The translations under genes were made by a program, and so were the position numbers. A stretch of 31,914 nt of DNA, taken from the NCBI GenBank assembly GCA_027001995.1, contig JALTLO010000111.1, positions 1 through 31,914 of the forward strand, written 5' to 3'. This DNA comes from Planctomycetota bacterium. Lineage in GTDB: Bacteria; Planctomycetota; GCA-002687715; DRQF01. Within the stretch, counting starts at the first letter, position 1. The number at the start of each line of letters is the position of its first letter. Shown piece after piece: positions 1 through 9,317 of this stretch. The notes below the pieces were generated by a model that saw only the letters and a list, made by a program, of their open reading frames with translations, was not told the DNA's origin and searched no databases.

Positions 1-252
1 GTTCAGGATGGACAAAAGGCGCAAACTCAGCTCCGCGATGGGATTGCCATGGGCCACCATGAAAGCTGCCATGATCCCCCAAACCCAAACGCCAAGGGCT
101 AAAAATCGAAAACCATTGTCGCGTTCCGCATTCTGTCCATCTGCCGCTGCCAGATGGCCTTGGCGAAAAAGAGAATAGAGCGCTGCCCCACCGAATAGGC
201 AAAACACCCCTTGAGACCAAACAAGCAATAAGAGTGAATCCGAATTGGGCAA
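1..252 (-). CDS. N-terminal part of an integral membrane protein, runs off the window edge
   Basis: Not in the ORF track. Minus-strand frame open from a TTG at 252, with AGGAG 8 nt upstream, to position 1: MPNSDSLLLLVWSQGVFCLFGGAALYSLFRQ...DNGFRFLALGVWVWGIMAAFMVAHGNPIAELSLRLLSILN. At least two hydrophobic helices. Confidence 0.6.
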   Translation of the reverse strand, partial: MPNSDSLLLLVWSQGVFCLFGGAALYSLFRQGHLAAADGQNAERDNGFRFLALGVWVWGIMAAFMVAHGNPIAELSLRLLSILN

Positions 253-524
253 GTCAAGAACTCCTGGGACGACGTCTTTGTTCCATCGAACAATAACACA
301 TCTCCTCCAGGGATCTTCCCCTGTTCATGACGGAGAATGCCGCCAATGGCAAGTGAGCAAGTCTCTGAGAATGGCCAATGACCACGGCCTCTGGCCCCAC
401 GATCAACGCGACCTGGGCCTACACGCAGAAGACAACCTTCACGAAAGTCAGGAGCCGATGGAACGAATTGCCCCTGCCAGCGTCTATGATGCTGACGTTC
501 ATCATCATGTCTTGGAAGCTGAAC

Positions 525-1337
525 ATGCTGCACTCCAAACTACTGGCTATCTTCTTGTGTTTCTTCTTATGCACAACCCCTCTTGCCCGGGCTGACATCG
601 TTTCCCCCGGAAGAAAAAGAATTCGGTCGGAGGTTGTGATCAACTTCGGCGGTCTCAAGGATCAATGTTGGTCCACCTATGGAGTTAGGAATGACGACAC
701 TCTCTCTTCCATCTCCCAAGCACTTCTGGGGGATGTCTCTCGTTGGCCTGAGATCGCTCGGGCGAATCCCGGCATTGAAGATAGAGAGCTGGAGGTGGGA
801 TCGCTCTTGGAGATTCCACCTCGAGAAAATCGTCAACAGGGCAGTAAGGAAAAGAACACACAAGAAGCTTGGCGGATCTACGCTTGGTTCGACGGCACCA
901 TGTCCCACAACAAGCCGATTCTCGCGTCTCACGGATTAGTTCTTCGAGGCCCTCGCTATTCAGGCCAATTGATCGCCGTCCCTCACCGGCAGAAACAAGC
1001 CTTAGCCGAATCTCTGTCGTCAGAAGACAGGGACAGTTGGCTCAAGGTGAGAGGTCTGGCCCGCTCTTCTAAGTTTGGGGGGACACGAGAAGTCAGACTT
1101 GGTGACCCCACCACCACAATGCGTACAACAGTCACAATCGATTCCATCCGCGATGGCGAGATCAAATTCTCCACATCAACCACCGGGTTAGATGAACAAG
1201 GAAACGAAGTCACATGGCTGGCGTCCAACCGCTTACCACTCTTAGCCATCTCTGGGCTAGGGGCGATACTGCTTTTGCTCATCGTTTTGCGTCGAAGAAA
1301 AAACCGCAGCTCAACGGCCGATGTCGAACAAAGTTAG
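525..1337 (+). CDS. Secreted LysM-domain protein with C-terminal transmembrane anchor and basic tail
   Basis: ORF 378..1337; start moved to ATG 525 because MLHSKLLAIFLCFFLCTTPLARA is a signal peptide (AxA). LysM-type motif YGVRNDDTLSSIS...WPEIARANPGI...LEVGSLLEIPP at about 678-821. C-terminus LPLLAISGLGAILLLLIVL-RRRKNR. Confidence 0.8.
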   Translation: MLHSKLLAIFLCFFLCTTPLARADIVSPGRKRIRSEVVINFGGLKDQCWSTYGVRNDDTLSSISQALLGDVSRWPEIARANPGIEDRELEVGSLLEIPPRENRQQGSKEKNTQEAWRIYAWFDGTMSHNKPILASHGLVLRGPRYSGQLIAVPHRQKQALAESLSSEDRDSWLKVRGLARSSKFGGTREVRLGDPTTTMRTTVTIDSIRDGEIKFSTSTTGLDEQGNEVTWLASNRLPLLAISGLGAILLLLIVLRRRKNRSSTADVEQS

Positions 1338-2286
1338 TATTGTTTTTGTTTTTTCTTCACTCGCCATGGCAGGGGTTGTTGTGTCCGCCCCCCTCTTCGT
1401 TTATGGCGTGACTTTGGCCATCTTGGGGCTTCCTCATGTCCTCAGTGAGTTTCGCTACCTGGATCAACGATTCGGACAGCGCATCGGAGCACCCTTGGGG
1501 CTTGTCATGGCTGTTCTCTTGGGCGGGATCGTCGCCAACCGCGTCTTGGCATGGCTGCCATCGTACCGGGTTCCACCCTACTCCACGGAGATTGTGCTGG
1601 TCCTCGGCCTGATCGTTTTGACTCTGCCAACGCTGATAAGAAGCTCACTTTTTGCTGCCCTGATCGGGGTACTCGTAGTGGGACCCCTCGCCTACGGTTT
1701 GATTCACGCGCCGGCGACAACGCTGGTCATTCTGGCTCTGCTTCACAACTTGACACCCGTAGGTTTCCTGGCTGAGTGTCTTCGGGGGCAGCAACGGCTC
1801 TCGGCCCTGACTCTTTGCGCTTTCGCCTTTGTCCTCGTGCCCTTGCTTATCATGTCCGGACGAGTGGAAGGTGCTATATCCTGGTGCTTCGCAACTTGGC
1901 TTCCTGTGCCGCCTGGGATTCCAGGTGATCCATCCTCCCACTTCGCCGTCTACGTCCCCACAGAGCTTTGGGACCCGACAATGAGAAAGCGTCTGTTTTC
2001 TGCCGCCGTTTACCTGCAATGTCTCCACTATGCCATTGTCATACAGCTCCTTCCGAGGTTGGGTGTCAAAAACCACAAGACGGTTTTTCCTTGGCCACGG
2101 AACTTTCGTCCTTTGATCATTTTGGCAGGAATTATCTCGGGTATCGGATTCTATTGGGCCTTCGCCGATTCTCGCGCTCTCTATGGAGTGATCGCTGCAG
2201 TCCATGCCTGGATCGAAATCCCCATCTTATTGTTCTGCCTCGGCCACTTTTCGCAGGCTCAAACACCAATGATTGGAGAATCATAG
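1321..2286 (+). CDS. Polytopic membrane protein with four His-containing motifs, function unknown (possibly Brp/Blh-like metalloenzyme)
   Basis: 321 aa, very hydrophobic. Motifs GLPHVLSE (H39), LHNLTP (H142), QCLHY (H236), VHAWIE (H295). Overlaps the upstream gene by 17 nt. Confidence 0.75.
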   Translation: MSNKVSIVFVFSSLAMAGVVVSAPLFVYGVTLAILGLPHVLSEFRYLDQRFGQRIGAPLGLVMAVLLGGIVANRVLAWLPSYRVPPYSTEIVLVLGLIVLTLPTLIRSSLFAALIGVLVVGPLAYGLIHAPATTLVILALLHNLTPVGFLAECLRGQQRLSALTLCAFAFVLVPLLIMSGRVEGAISWCFATWLPVPPGIPGDPSSHFAVYVPTELWDPTMRKRLFSAAVYLQCLHYAIVIQLLPRLGVKNHKTVFPWPRNFRPLIILAGIISGIGFYWAFADSRALYGVIAAVHAWIEIPILLFCLGHFSQAQTPMIGES

Positions 2287-2603
2287 TGTTCCATCAAACT
2301 TGGCTCCTCGCCTTTGGTGCCACCCTATCTGTCGAAATGTTCCTGGCTTGGTTGTGGAGCGGGGCCAACAGGTGCGCCTTCCCGTGGCTCGAAGTTCTTA
2401 CAGTCAATCTGATCACCCACCCCCTGGCATTTTGGTTGGCATGCAACGATGCTCCCTTTATTCCTCTTGAGCTGGCTGTAATCTTAGTGGAAGCTCTCGC
2501 CTACCACCTCATGTTGAAACAATCGTGGAGCCCTGTGGTCACCTTATCACTCCTCACCAATGCTGCGACCATGGCTCTGTCCTACGTGCCGCGAACATTT
2601 TGA
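2286..2603 (+). CDS. Small membrane protein (about 4 TM, 105 aa) with polar intramembrane motifs, function unknown
   Basis: 3' part of ORF 1968..2603. GTG at 2286 overlaps the TAG of the upstream gene (TAGTG). Motifs TLSVE, NLITHP, ELAVILVE, SLLTN. Confidence 0.7.
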   Translation: MFHQTWLLAFGATLSVEMFLAWLWSGANRCAFPWLEVLTVNLITHPLAFWLACNDAPFIPLELAVILVEALAYHLMLKQSWSPVVTLSLLTNAATMALSYVPRTF

Positions 2604-2640
2604 ATCAACAGCGATGGTTTCAGGAAGCGAAAGGTCAATG

Positions 2641-2667
2641 AAAAAGGGAACTCATAAGAGTTCCCTT
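2641..2667 (-). terminator. Intrinsic terminator between convergent genes, possibly bidirectional
   Basis: Perfect 10-bp stem AAGGGAACTC-ataa-GAGTTCCCTT (2644-2667). The A-run at 2641-2645 gives a U-tract on the minus strand, 25 nt after the stop at 2693. Confidence 0.8.
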
Positions 2668-2692
2668 AATCGTCAACGAAATCGAACTCGGT

Positions 2693-4660
2693 TTACTGGA
2701 AAGTCAAAGTCACAGGGTTTGTGAAACCTGTGTTCGTTGCCCCAGCACCTGCTTGTGAAACAAGAATTGTTGTGTCATAGACGAAGGCTTGGAAACGAAC
2801 CGTTTGACCGGCATAAGCCCCAGAGACCAACATATAGGTGGCGTTAAATCCAGGAGTTCCGAAGGGCGGTGTTGGGCCTAGGTTGACGTTGCCGAAACTT
2901 CCCGTGCTATCTTCGATGATCACCGTATTCGACAAGGTCACCAGGTTCACATAAAGAGGACCAAAAATGGTTGGGAAAATAGGCTCAGAAACGTCGGACA
3001 CAGCGAACAAGAAGGGCAAGAATGGACTCGCCATATTCGTTGTATTGTGAAAATCAACGATCATCTGATCTGTACCAGCACCTGGTATGTAAGTCACATC
3101 CAGTTTCCGTGCAAAAAGATCAGCGTTGGCTGGGGCAGCACCGACGACAAAGGCTTCGACAAGAACGGCACCCTGCCCTAAACCTGTAGAACTCACAGTA
3201 ACACTGATCTCACCATTGGCATCGGTGAGGTAAGGTCCGGCTGTTCCAAAGGAGGCCGAGCCATCAGCAGTTGTGAGGGCGACTTCTACGTTGGGAACGG
3301 CTGTTCCACCCAAGGTTTCCACACGAACGGTGAGTGGCAAGCCGAAAGTTTCTCCAGAGGTGCAAACCTGGGAATTTCCAGTTGGGAATGTCACGTTGTA
3401 AACGGGGCCGCCACCACGGACACGCTTAAAGAAACCACCGCTTGTGCTGTAGGTGTTTGGATGTTGAACAAAGTAGAGAGCGCCATCTGGTCCTTGATCA
3501 TAGTGGGTCGCGGCATTGAAGCCTGTACCCCAGAATGATGCGGAAGGTTGCCCTGGGACCATAGGAGCATTGGCCCATGGTTGGCCTGGATCCCGGCGGA
3601 TCCTTTCGATGTTGCCATTGAAGTAATCTGAGTGGAAGACACTCAGTTCATAAGCTGGCCCGAAGTCAAACTGACCACCCAGGTTACGAATGACACCGGC
3701 GGCCATAATCGAACGGCTGCCAGCAGCAGTGTTTCTGGTGTCAATCGGCTCTTTAAGGTTGGCAGGAGGGCTGCCAATGCCGAAACAACCATTGTAGGCA
3801 ATATCACCTTCTCGGTGAGGCCACCCGAAATCGCTCTCCACCAAGGGAAGACCCAATCGACGGCGCCATAAGCTCAGCTCTTCTCGAGCGTTTTGACCAA
3901 CATCAGCAATGAAGATATCCCCTGTTACCGGATCAATATTGAAACCGAAAGGATTTCGCAGACCACGAGCAATGGCCAGTTTCTTGTTGTCATTGGCTGC
4001 TGTGATGAATGGGTTATCCGCTGGAGCCAAAGATCCAACGGCGGGAGGTCCACCAGAACCATTCGGCAAACCACTCACATCAAGGCGCAACAATCCACCA
4101 GCGAGGACGTTATAGAACAAAGCATTCTGGCAGTTGGCATCATCACCAATCGACAAGTACAGCATGTCATCAGGACCAAAGCGGATCGTGCCGCCATTAT
4201 GATTAAATGCATTGTCTGGAGCTGTATTCAAGACGATGTATTCGCTTGAACTCAAGAAAAAGAGAGAAGTACTTGTAGGAGCGTTCAATGATCCTTGAAG
4301 CGTGAAACGAGACAAAACCATATTGGAGGTGCCATTGCGAGAAGCCCAGCAATAAAGTTTGTCCCCGCGGACACAAATGCTCAAGAGACCCCGCTCTGAA
4401 CCCACTTGTGTGCTCGGTACCGTTCCCACGGTGGTCACAGTTGAGGTTCCTGGTCGCCAGAGCTTGACCACTCCAGCACGTTCGGCGATCAAGACGCGCC
4501 CATCAGGCAAGAATGCGAAGTCATGGGGGGCATTGAGCCCAGACGAAACCAAGGTGTCGACGGTAAAACCAGTCGGAACTGTTTGAGCGCCAGCGCTGGC
4601 AACAAAGGCAAGCGTAAGCATGATAGCCGCGACGGCGATGCTCTTCCCAAATTTGGGCAT
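2693..4660 (-). CDS. Secreted PQQ-dependent sugar (glucose/sorbosone) dehydrogenase-family beta-propeller protein with an Ig-like and a further C-terminal domain
   Basis: Start ATG 4660 with GGAG upstream; signal peptide ending AGA-Q. Motifs FAFLPDGRVLIAERAG, GSERGLL, NHNGGTIRFGPDDMLYLSIGD, GLRNPF, IADVGQNAREE, DFGWPHREG, QGPDGALY. Ig-like segment VPNVEVAL...TDANGEISV. Confidence 0.85.
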   Translation of the reverse strand: MPKFGKSIAVAAIMLTLAFVASAGAQTVPTGFTVDTLVSSGLNAPHDFAFLPDGRVLIAERAGVVKLWRPGTSTVTTVGTVPSTQVGSERGLLSICVRGDKLYCWASRNGTSNMVLSRFTLQGSLNAPTSTSLFFLSSSEYIVLNTAPDNAFNHNGGTIRFGPDDMLYLSIGDDANCQNALFYNVLAGGLLRLDVSGLPNGSGGPPAVGSLAPADNPFITAANDNKKLAIARGLRNPFGFNIDPVTGDIFIADVGQNAREELSLWRRRLGLPLVESDFGWPHREGDIAYNGCFGIGSPPANLKEPIDTRNTAAGSRSIMAAGVIRNLGGQFDFGPAYELSVFHSDYFNGNIERIRRDPGQPWANAPMVPGQPSASFWGTGFNAATHYDQGPDGALYFVQHPNTYSTSGGFFKRVRGGGPVYNVTFPTGNSQVCTSGETFGLPLTVRVETLGGTAVPNVEVALTTADGSASFGTAGPYLTDANGEISVTVSSTGLGQGAVLVEAFVVGAAPANADLFARKLDVTYIPGAGTDQMIVDFHNTTNMASPFLPFLFAVSDVSEPIFPTIFGPLYVNLVTLSNTVIIEDSTGSFGNVNLGPTPPFGTPGFNATYMLVSGAYAGQTVRFQAFVYDTTILVSQAGAGATNTGFTNPVTLTFQ

Positions 4661-5109
4661 CGGGTATTCTCCAAAGCGCGATGAATTCTGTCGAACTAGA
4701 GGCAAGTCATAGAGTGAGGGAGCATCTTAGCGAGTTCCATGGCAAACCAAAAACAAAAACAAAGCGCAGCCCTTGCTTTTGTTTCTCAATGAGCTGTACC
4801 GCTCTGAGAACAGGGAGCGAACACAGCCCGGACGTGCCTGAGGCGCGCTGAGAGGTAGGGAAGGGTCCTAAGGTAAGCCCCACACCAAAGCATGGGATGC
4901 AGACCTCAGACTCTTCTTTCGTCTCAAAATGAGCCCTCAAGAGTGTAATTTGGTTCTGCCACAGCCGATGGGCCATAGGACGTCTTGGAGAATTAAGGGT
5001 GAATAAAATCCCGGAAATCGAGAAATCGTCAAACAATCCTCAGGTCAACCCGAATGAAGTTCGCCGCCGTTGTGCGCAGACTTGTGAAGCTCTTATTTGG
5101 AGAAATGGG

Positions 5110-6186
5110 ATGAAGATCAGAAATTTTGAACGGTTAGGGCTCATTGCACTCATGATTGTCATTTCTTGGCGCCTTCCGGACCTCGCAAACGGGCTTGAGA
5201 ACCAAGATGCGCGGGAAGACCTCATCCGTCTCCAGCAAGAGCTGCGTAAGAACAAACTCCCCCCCATGGCTGGTGCTTTTGCCAAGGTTGCCAAGGTCAT
5301 GGCCCCCAGTGTGGTGCACGTGTCGGTGGCAACCCAAGGTCTCCCAGGAGAATCGAATCCACGCCCCAGCACAGGAAGCGGAATCATTTTTGCTGCTGAG
5401 GGTTATCTATTGACCAATCATCACGTCATTGAGTCTGGTGGCAAGATTACAATCACATTGTCCGACGACCGCAAACTGAGCGCCAAACGAGTGGGCAGTG
5501 ACGCCGCCACTGACTTGGCCGTGCTCAAACTTGAAGACGGAAACTATTTCGCCGCGGAACTCGGCGACTCCGACGCCATGGCTGTTGGGGATTTCGTAAT
5601 GGCCTGTGGATCTCCCTTCGGTCTCTCCCGAACCGTCACAGCCGGAATCGTCAGTGCCAAGGGGCGCAACGACATCGGCGTGGCGAATTATGAAAATTTC
5701 ATTCAAACCGATGCAGCGATCAATCCGGGCAACAGCGGCGGCCCTTTGTGCAATCTGCGAGGACAAGTCATCGGCATCAACGCTGCTATCGCATCCCGAA
5801 CTGGAGGCTACTCAGGCATTGGCTTCGCTATCCCCATCAACATGGCCAAAGTAGTCGCCCAGAAACTCATTGAGGCTGGCCATGTCGATCGAGGTTACCT
5901 GGGTGTGCGCATCGCTAACCTCGATAAGTCAGAAGCGACGAACAAGCTCCTTTCGGGCATGACAGGAGCGGTGAGGATTGCTGAAGTTGTCAAGGGGAGC
6001 CCGGCTGATTTTGCTGGTGTTCACAAAGACGACCTTATCGTCACCATAGGGGGAAAAGCTATGAAGGACGCTAACACCCTACGCAACTTCGTCGCATTTT
6101 TGGAAGCTGGAAAAATCGTCGAAATTGAGGTCTTGCGAGGCGAAAAGCTCCTGGCACTCACAGTCCAATTGGCCTTAAGGAAATAA
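5110..6186 (+). CDS. HtrA/DegQ-family trypsin-like serine protease with one PDZ domain
   Basis: Catalytic triad motifs LTNHHVI, TDLAVLK, IQTDAAINPGNSGG. PDZ RGYLGV...GSPADFAG. N-terminal hydrophobic segment after ATG 5110 (track start 4999). Confidence 0.92.
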   Translation: MKIRNFERLGLIALMIVISWRLPDLANGLENQDAREDLIRLQQELRKNKLPPMAGAFAKVAKVMAPSVVHVSVATQGLPGESNPRPSTGSGIIFAAEGYLLTNHHVIESGGKITITLSDDRKLSAKRVGSDAATDLAVLKLEDGNYFAAELGDSDAMAVGDFVMACGSPFGLSRTVTAGIVSAKGRNDIGVANYENFIQTDAAINPGNSGGPLCNLRGQVIGINAAIASRTGGYSGIGFAIPINMAKVVAQKLIEAGHVDRGYLGVRIANLDKSEATNKLLSGMTGAVRIAEVVKGSPADFAGVHKDDLIVTIGGKAMKDANTLRNFVAFLEAGKIVEIEVLRGEKLLALTVQLALRK

Positions 6187-6399
6187 ACATCTCAGGAGAG
6201 AAAGACATTCCTAACAACTGAATCTGCCACCGGATTCCACTATTCCGGGATCTGGCCAATAGAAGAATCAGTGCCCCCAGTGGGACGTTTCCCCTTCCTT
6301 TTGCACCCCATGACGATTAGGCTTCAAAGCACGGGGGTGGTTCGCGCCGTTCTGCGCTCGGTTTTCTTTCAAGACACTTGGCCGAGAGTTTGAGCTTAG

Positions 6400-7803
6400 G
6401 TGATGTCCATAGCCAGCAAGAACAAGACGATCATCCTGGAACACTCCGATGGTAGGAGTGAGACTTTGACAGTTCTCAAAGTCATGCGGGAGATCGAAGA
6501 GCGTCGCTTCTCCGGCCACGGCATTTGGGAAGGCCAAGATGTCTTTTTCAAAGTGTTCGTCGCCATCGACAGAGTTGACAAGCACGTCCAAAGAGAGATC
6601 GCAGGGTCTGAGCTTCTCATTGCTAAGAAAATTCCAACAGCGGAAATCCTCTGCCAAGCCTCCGTCCACGGGGAAGGCATCCCCCAAGGAGCGCAGTGCC
6701 TCCTCTATCGCTGGATCGAAAATGCAGAGAATGTGCACACCCTCCTCAACGGCCGAATCTCAGAAACCCGTGCTCTCGCTCTCCTGCGGCAACTGGCCGA
6801 AACAATCGGCACCCACCACCACCACGGCTTGATCCAAAAGGACATCCACTTTGGGAACTTCGCCGTGGTAGAAAATGAGATCTACACTTTCGATCCAGGA
6901 AGTGTAGAAGTCAAAGGCCCACCCATCTCTAAGAGTGCTGCCTTGGACAATTTGGCTCTCTTCTTTGCTCAAATCGACCCGGTCTACGTCAACACCTCAA
7001 CTCTCTCCATGCTCTTGGAGGCTTACTTAGAGAGCAAAGGCGGTGATCGGGAAAGGCCAGATTCATCCAAACTCTGGCGTCGAATTCAAAAGGAAAGACG
7101 AAAAAGGATCGATCGATTTCTCGACAAAGTACTTCGTTCCTGCCGTTTGGTTGTCGTGCACAAGCTAGAGTCCGGACGCAAGATCCTCCTTGACCGTGCC
7201 GCAAACCAAGAGGACCTCAAGTCTCTAGTTGAAGAGATCGACGGCAAAGAATCAGTGGTGGACGGCACAGCATTCGAATATGACGCAAGGTCAATCCAAC
7301 TCCGCCTTTTCACCGCAGAAGGCGGTTCTCTTTTTGGATTCGGAGATCATGACCCTGCTACGCGCAGTTGGAGAATGGCCAAACGCCTTGCCCTTCAAGG
7401 AGTCGCCGTGGTGCCTCAGCTTGCATGTGTCTGCGACAAGCAAAATCCATGGATTTTAGAAGACTGTCCTCCTGGTAGTACCATCGAAAGTGTCCTGTCA
7501 ACCCACCCGGAAGACACGGACCGAGTTGCTGGGCAAATCGCCGAAACCCTTGTCCGCCTGGATCAACTCAATTTGGTTCATGGCAATATGTCGAAGCGAT
7601 GCTTCGCTTCTTGGGATGGATCCACCTTCCTGAAGAACTTAGAGTGCCTGGTAGAGGGAAAAGAGCGGGAACTCGATGCTACCCAGAAAACATCCTCAGA
7701 CATGCGCGATCTTCTGAAGGTATGGAAGGACGAAGCCTTTGGAGATTCTCTGTTGGGAGCTCTCAACGGTTTAGGTTACGCCTTGGATATCGAGATATCT
7801 TAG
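6400..7803 (+). CDS. Lipopolysaccharide kinase (Kdo/WaaP/InaA family) with tandem kinase-like domains
   Basis: First domain: VFFKVF, REIAG, HHHGLIQKDIHFGNF, IYTFDPG, NLALFFAQ. Second degenerate domain: RSWRMAKRL, LNLVHGNM. Neighbours a WaaG-like gene. Confidence 0.75.
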   Translation: MMSIASKNKTIILEHSDGRSETLTVLKVMREIEERRFSGHGIWEGQDVFFKVFVAIDRVDKHVQREIAGSELLIAKKIPTAEILCQASVHGEGIPQGAQCLLYRWIENAENVHTLLNGRISETRALALLRQLAETIGTHHHHGLIQKDIHFGNFAVVENEIYTFDPGSVEVKGPPISKSAALDNLALFFAQIDPVYVNTSTLSMLLEAYLESKGGDRERPDSSKLWRRIQKERRKRIDRFLDKVLRSCRLVVVHKLESGRKILLDRAANQEDLKSLVEEIDGKESVVDGTAFEYDARSIQLRLFTAEGGSLFGFGDHDPATRSWRMAKRLALQGVAVVPQLACVCDKQNPWILEDCPPGSTIESVLSTHPEDTDRVAGQIAETLVRLDQLNLVHGNMSKRCFASWDGSTFLKNLECLVEGKERELDATQKTSSDMRDLLKVWKDEAFGDSLLGALNGLGYALDIEIS

Positions 7804-8147
7804 AGCTTGAATCAGCCGTCTTCCTATTGAATTGGGAAAGGCCCCCTTAGCCCGAATAATTCACGACCTCGGGGGCACATGGTCGCACAAACTAAGAGAA
7901 GATCTCACAGATTGCCCACGTGAGGTCGGAATCCTGATTATGATTACCAACACTCTGCCACCCTGGCTGTATTGTGTTTTAAAAACAAGTCCTAAGCATC
8001 GTTGTTCTGAGCTTTCTTTGCGGGGCATTCTCTCACACAGCGACCACGATCTCGTAAATCAATCGGGTTAGTTGAGCAAAACCGGGGCGATACTCAACAA
8101 CAAAGGCATGGTTGGGTGAGCGTGTCATTGGGTCAAGCAATGAGGTT

Positions 8148-9317
8148 CTATTGCCCCAAGCGCCTCTTCGTCCCAGCGTCAACGATCACATCAACCCCAG
8201 ACTCGATGAGGCTGTAGAGATCATTTTGCCGACAATAGATCGGCCCATTCTTGCGCCATTTCTCCCGTTGTGGGGCAAGCAGAGCCCCAAGGAGCATGCC
8301 ATCAAAGACCTCTTGCTCAAATGGCTCCGGGCAAATCAAACCAGCATCAGCCTGGATCACATGATGAGCAAATCCACAGCAAGCCGTGGCCAAAACTGAT
8401 AGGCCGCAATACATAGCTTCGATTAACGTTGTCCCCGTATTCTCAAGTCGTGCTGGGTGAGCCAAGAGGTCTGCGTGACGATAAAAATTGACAATATCAG
8501 AACGGGGCCCAGTGAAGACACAGCGCGCACCAATACCAAGACGCTTGGCTAATTTCTTCAGAGCAGCAGAATCACCAGCGCCAACAACCACCAGAGAATA
8601 AAAGCTATCCAAGGTTGTTGGCAAAGCCCCAACCGACTTCATCAACCGATCAACACCCTTAGTATGAAATCCTGATCCTACGATGAGGATCATCTTGTCA
8701 GCGGGATCGAGCCCCAAATCCGTCAAGAAGGTCTGCCGATCTGATGAGAGTCCGAGTTGGCGATCAAGACGGGCACGATCAATCCCTGGGGGCAGCAAGT
8801 GAAAACGTTCGTCTTCGGTATCGTAGTGCTTTTGAAATTTGGCTTTCTCCCCTGCTGAAATCATCAAGATCTCGGAATCGAGACCCCAATCGAAAATCGA
8901 CGCTTCCAAACTCCTCATGCCCCGATAGCGGGGAGTCAAACGATAGAAGAAACCTCGACCCTTTCGTTGGCAAGTTTCAGCGAAACAGGGATCGCCAGCG
9001 TAGTAAACATCGAGCCCGGGGATTTTGTTGAAACCAACAAGAAGGTCGATCTCGTGATGAAGGCGCCACTCACCAACTGCCTCACCAAAGGCCAGATTCA
9101 AGCCATGATTGGTCGACGCGGAAAGGGCGAATTCCTTCACCTCAACCCCTTGGGGCTTTTCGCCTTGCCATTCGTTCACCAAGAGCACAACTTCATGCCC
9201 CCGGCTGAGCAATTCTTTGACAATGCGGAAATAAGTTCTCTGCATGCCTCCGTACTCAAAATACCGGACGACAGCGCAAGCGATTCGCAAGGAAGATGAA
9301 GTGCTCTTAGATTTCAT
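8148..9317 (-). CDS. waaG: GT4 glycosyltransferase, LPS core glucosyltransferase WaaG/RfaG-like
   Basis: YFEYGGMQR, VGFNKIPGLDVYYAGDPCF, RFHLLPPGI, VGSGFHTKGVDR, ADLLAHPARLENTGTTLIEAM are WaaG-type motifs. Start ATG 9317 overlaps the upstream gene by 11 nt. Confidence 0.8.
   Translation of the reverse strand: MKSKSTSSSLRIACAVVRYFEYGGMQRTYFRIVKELLSRGHEVVLLVNEWQGEKPQGVEVKEFALSASTNHGLNLAFGEAVGEWRLHHEIDLLVGFNKIPGLDVYYAGDPCFAETCQRKGRGFFYRLTPRYRGMRSLEASIFDWGLDSEILMISAGEKAKFQKHYDTEDERFHLLPPGIDRARLDRQLGLSSDRQTFLTDLGLDPADKMILIVGSGFHTKGVDRLMKSVGALPTTLDSFYSLVVVGAGDSAALKKLAKRLGIGARCVFTGPRSDIVNFYRHADLLAHPARLENTGTTLIEAMYCGLSVLATACCGFAHHVIQADAGLICPEPFEQEVFDGMLLGALLAPQREKWRKNGPIYCRQNDLYSLIESGVDVIVDAGTKRRLGQ

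Noticed and set aside
4707..5036. 109-aa minus ORF, CAAAAA low-complexity run and imperfect hairpin in the divergent intergenic region
   Set aside because: No protein-like motif and no recognisable ncRNA family; treated as promoter DNA.
7832..8071. 79-aa ORF between the kinase and waaG
   Set aside because: TTG start without a clear RBS and no motif; cannot be supported.
8068..8100. TTAGTTGAG...CTCAAC inverted repeat resembling the feo operator arms
   Set aside because: The spacer is 16 nt instead of 7 and it lies between convergent 3' ends; more likely a weak 3' hairpin or chance.
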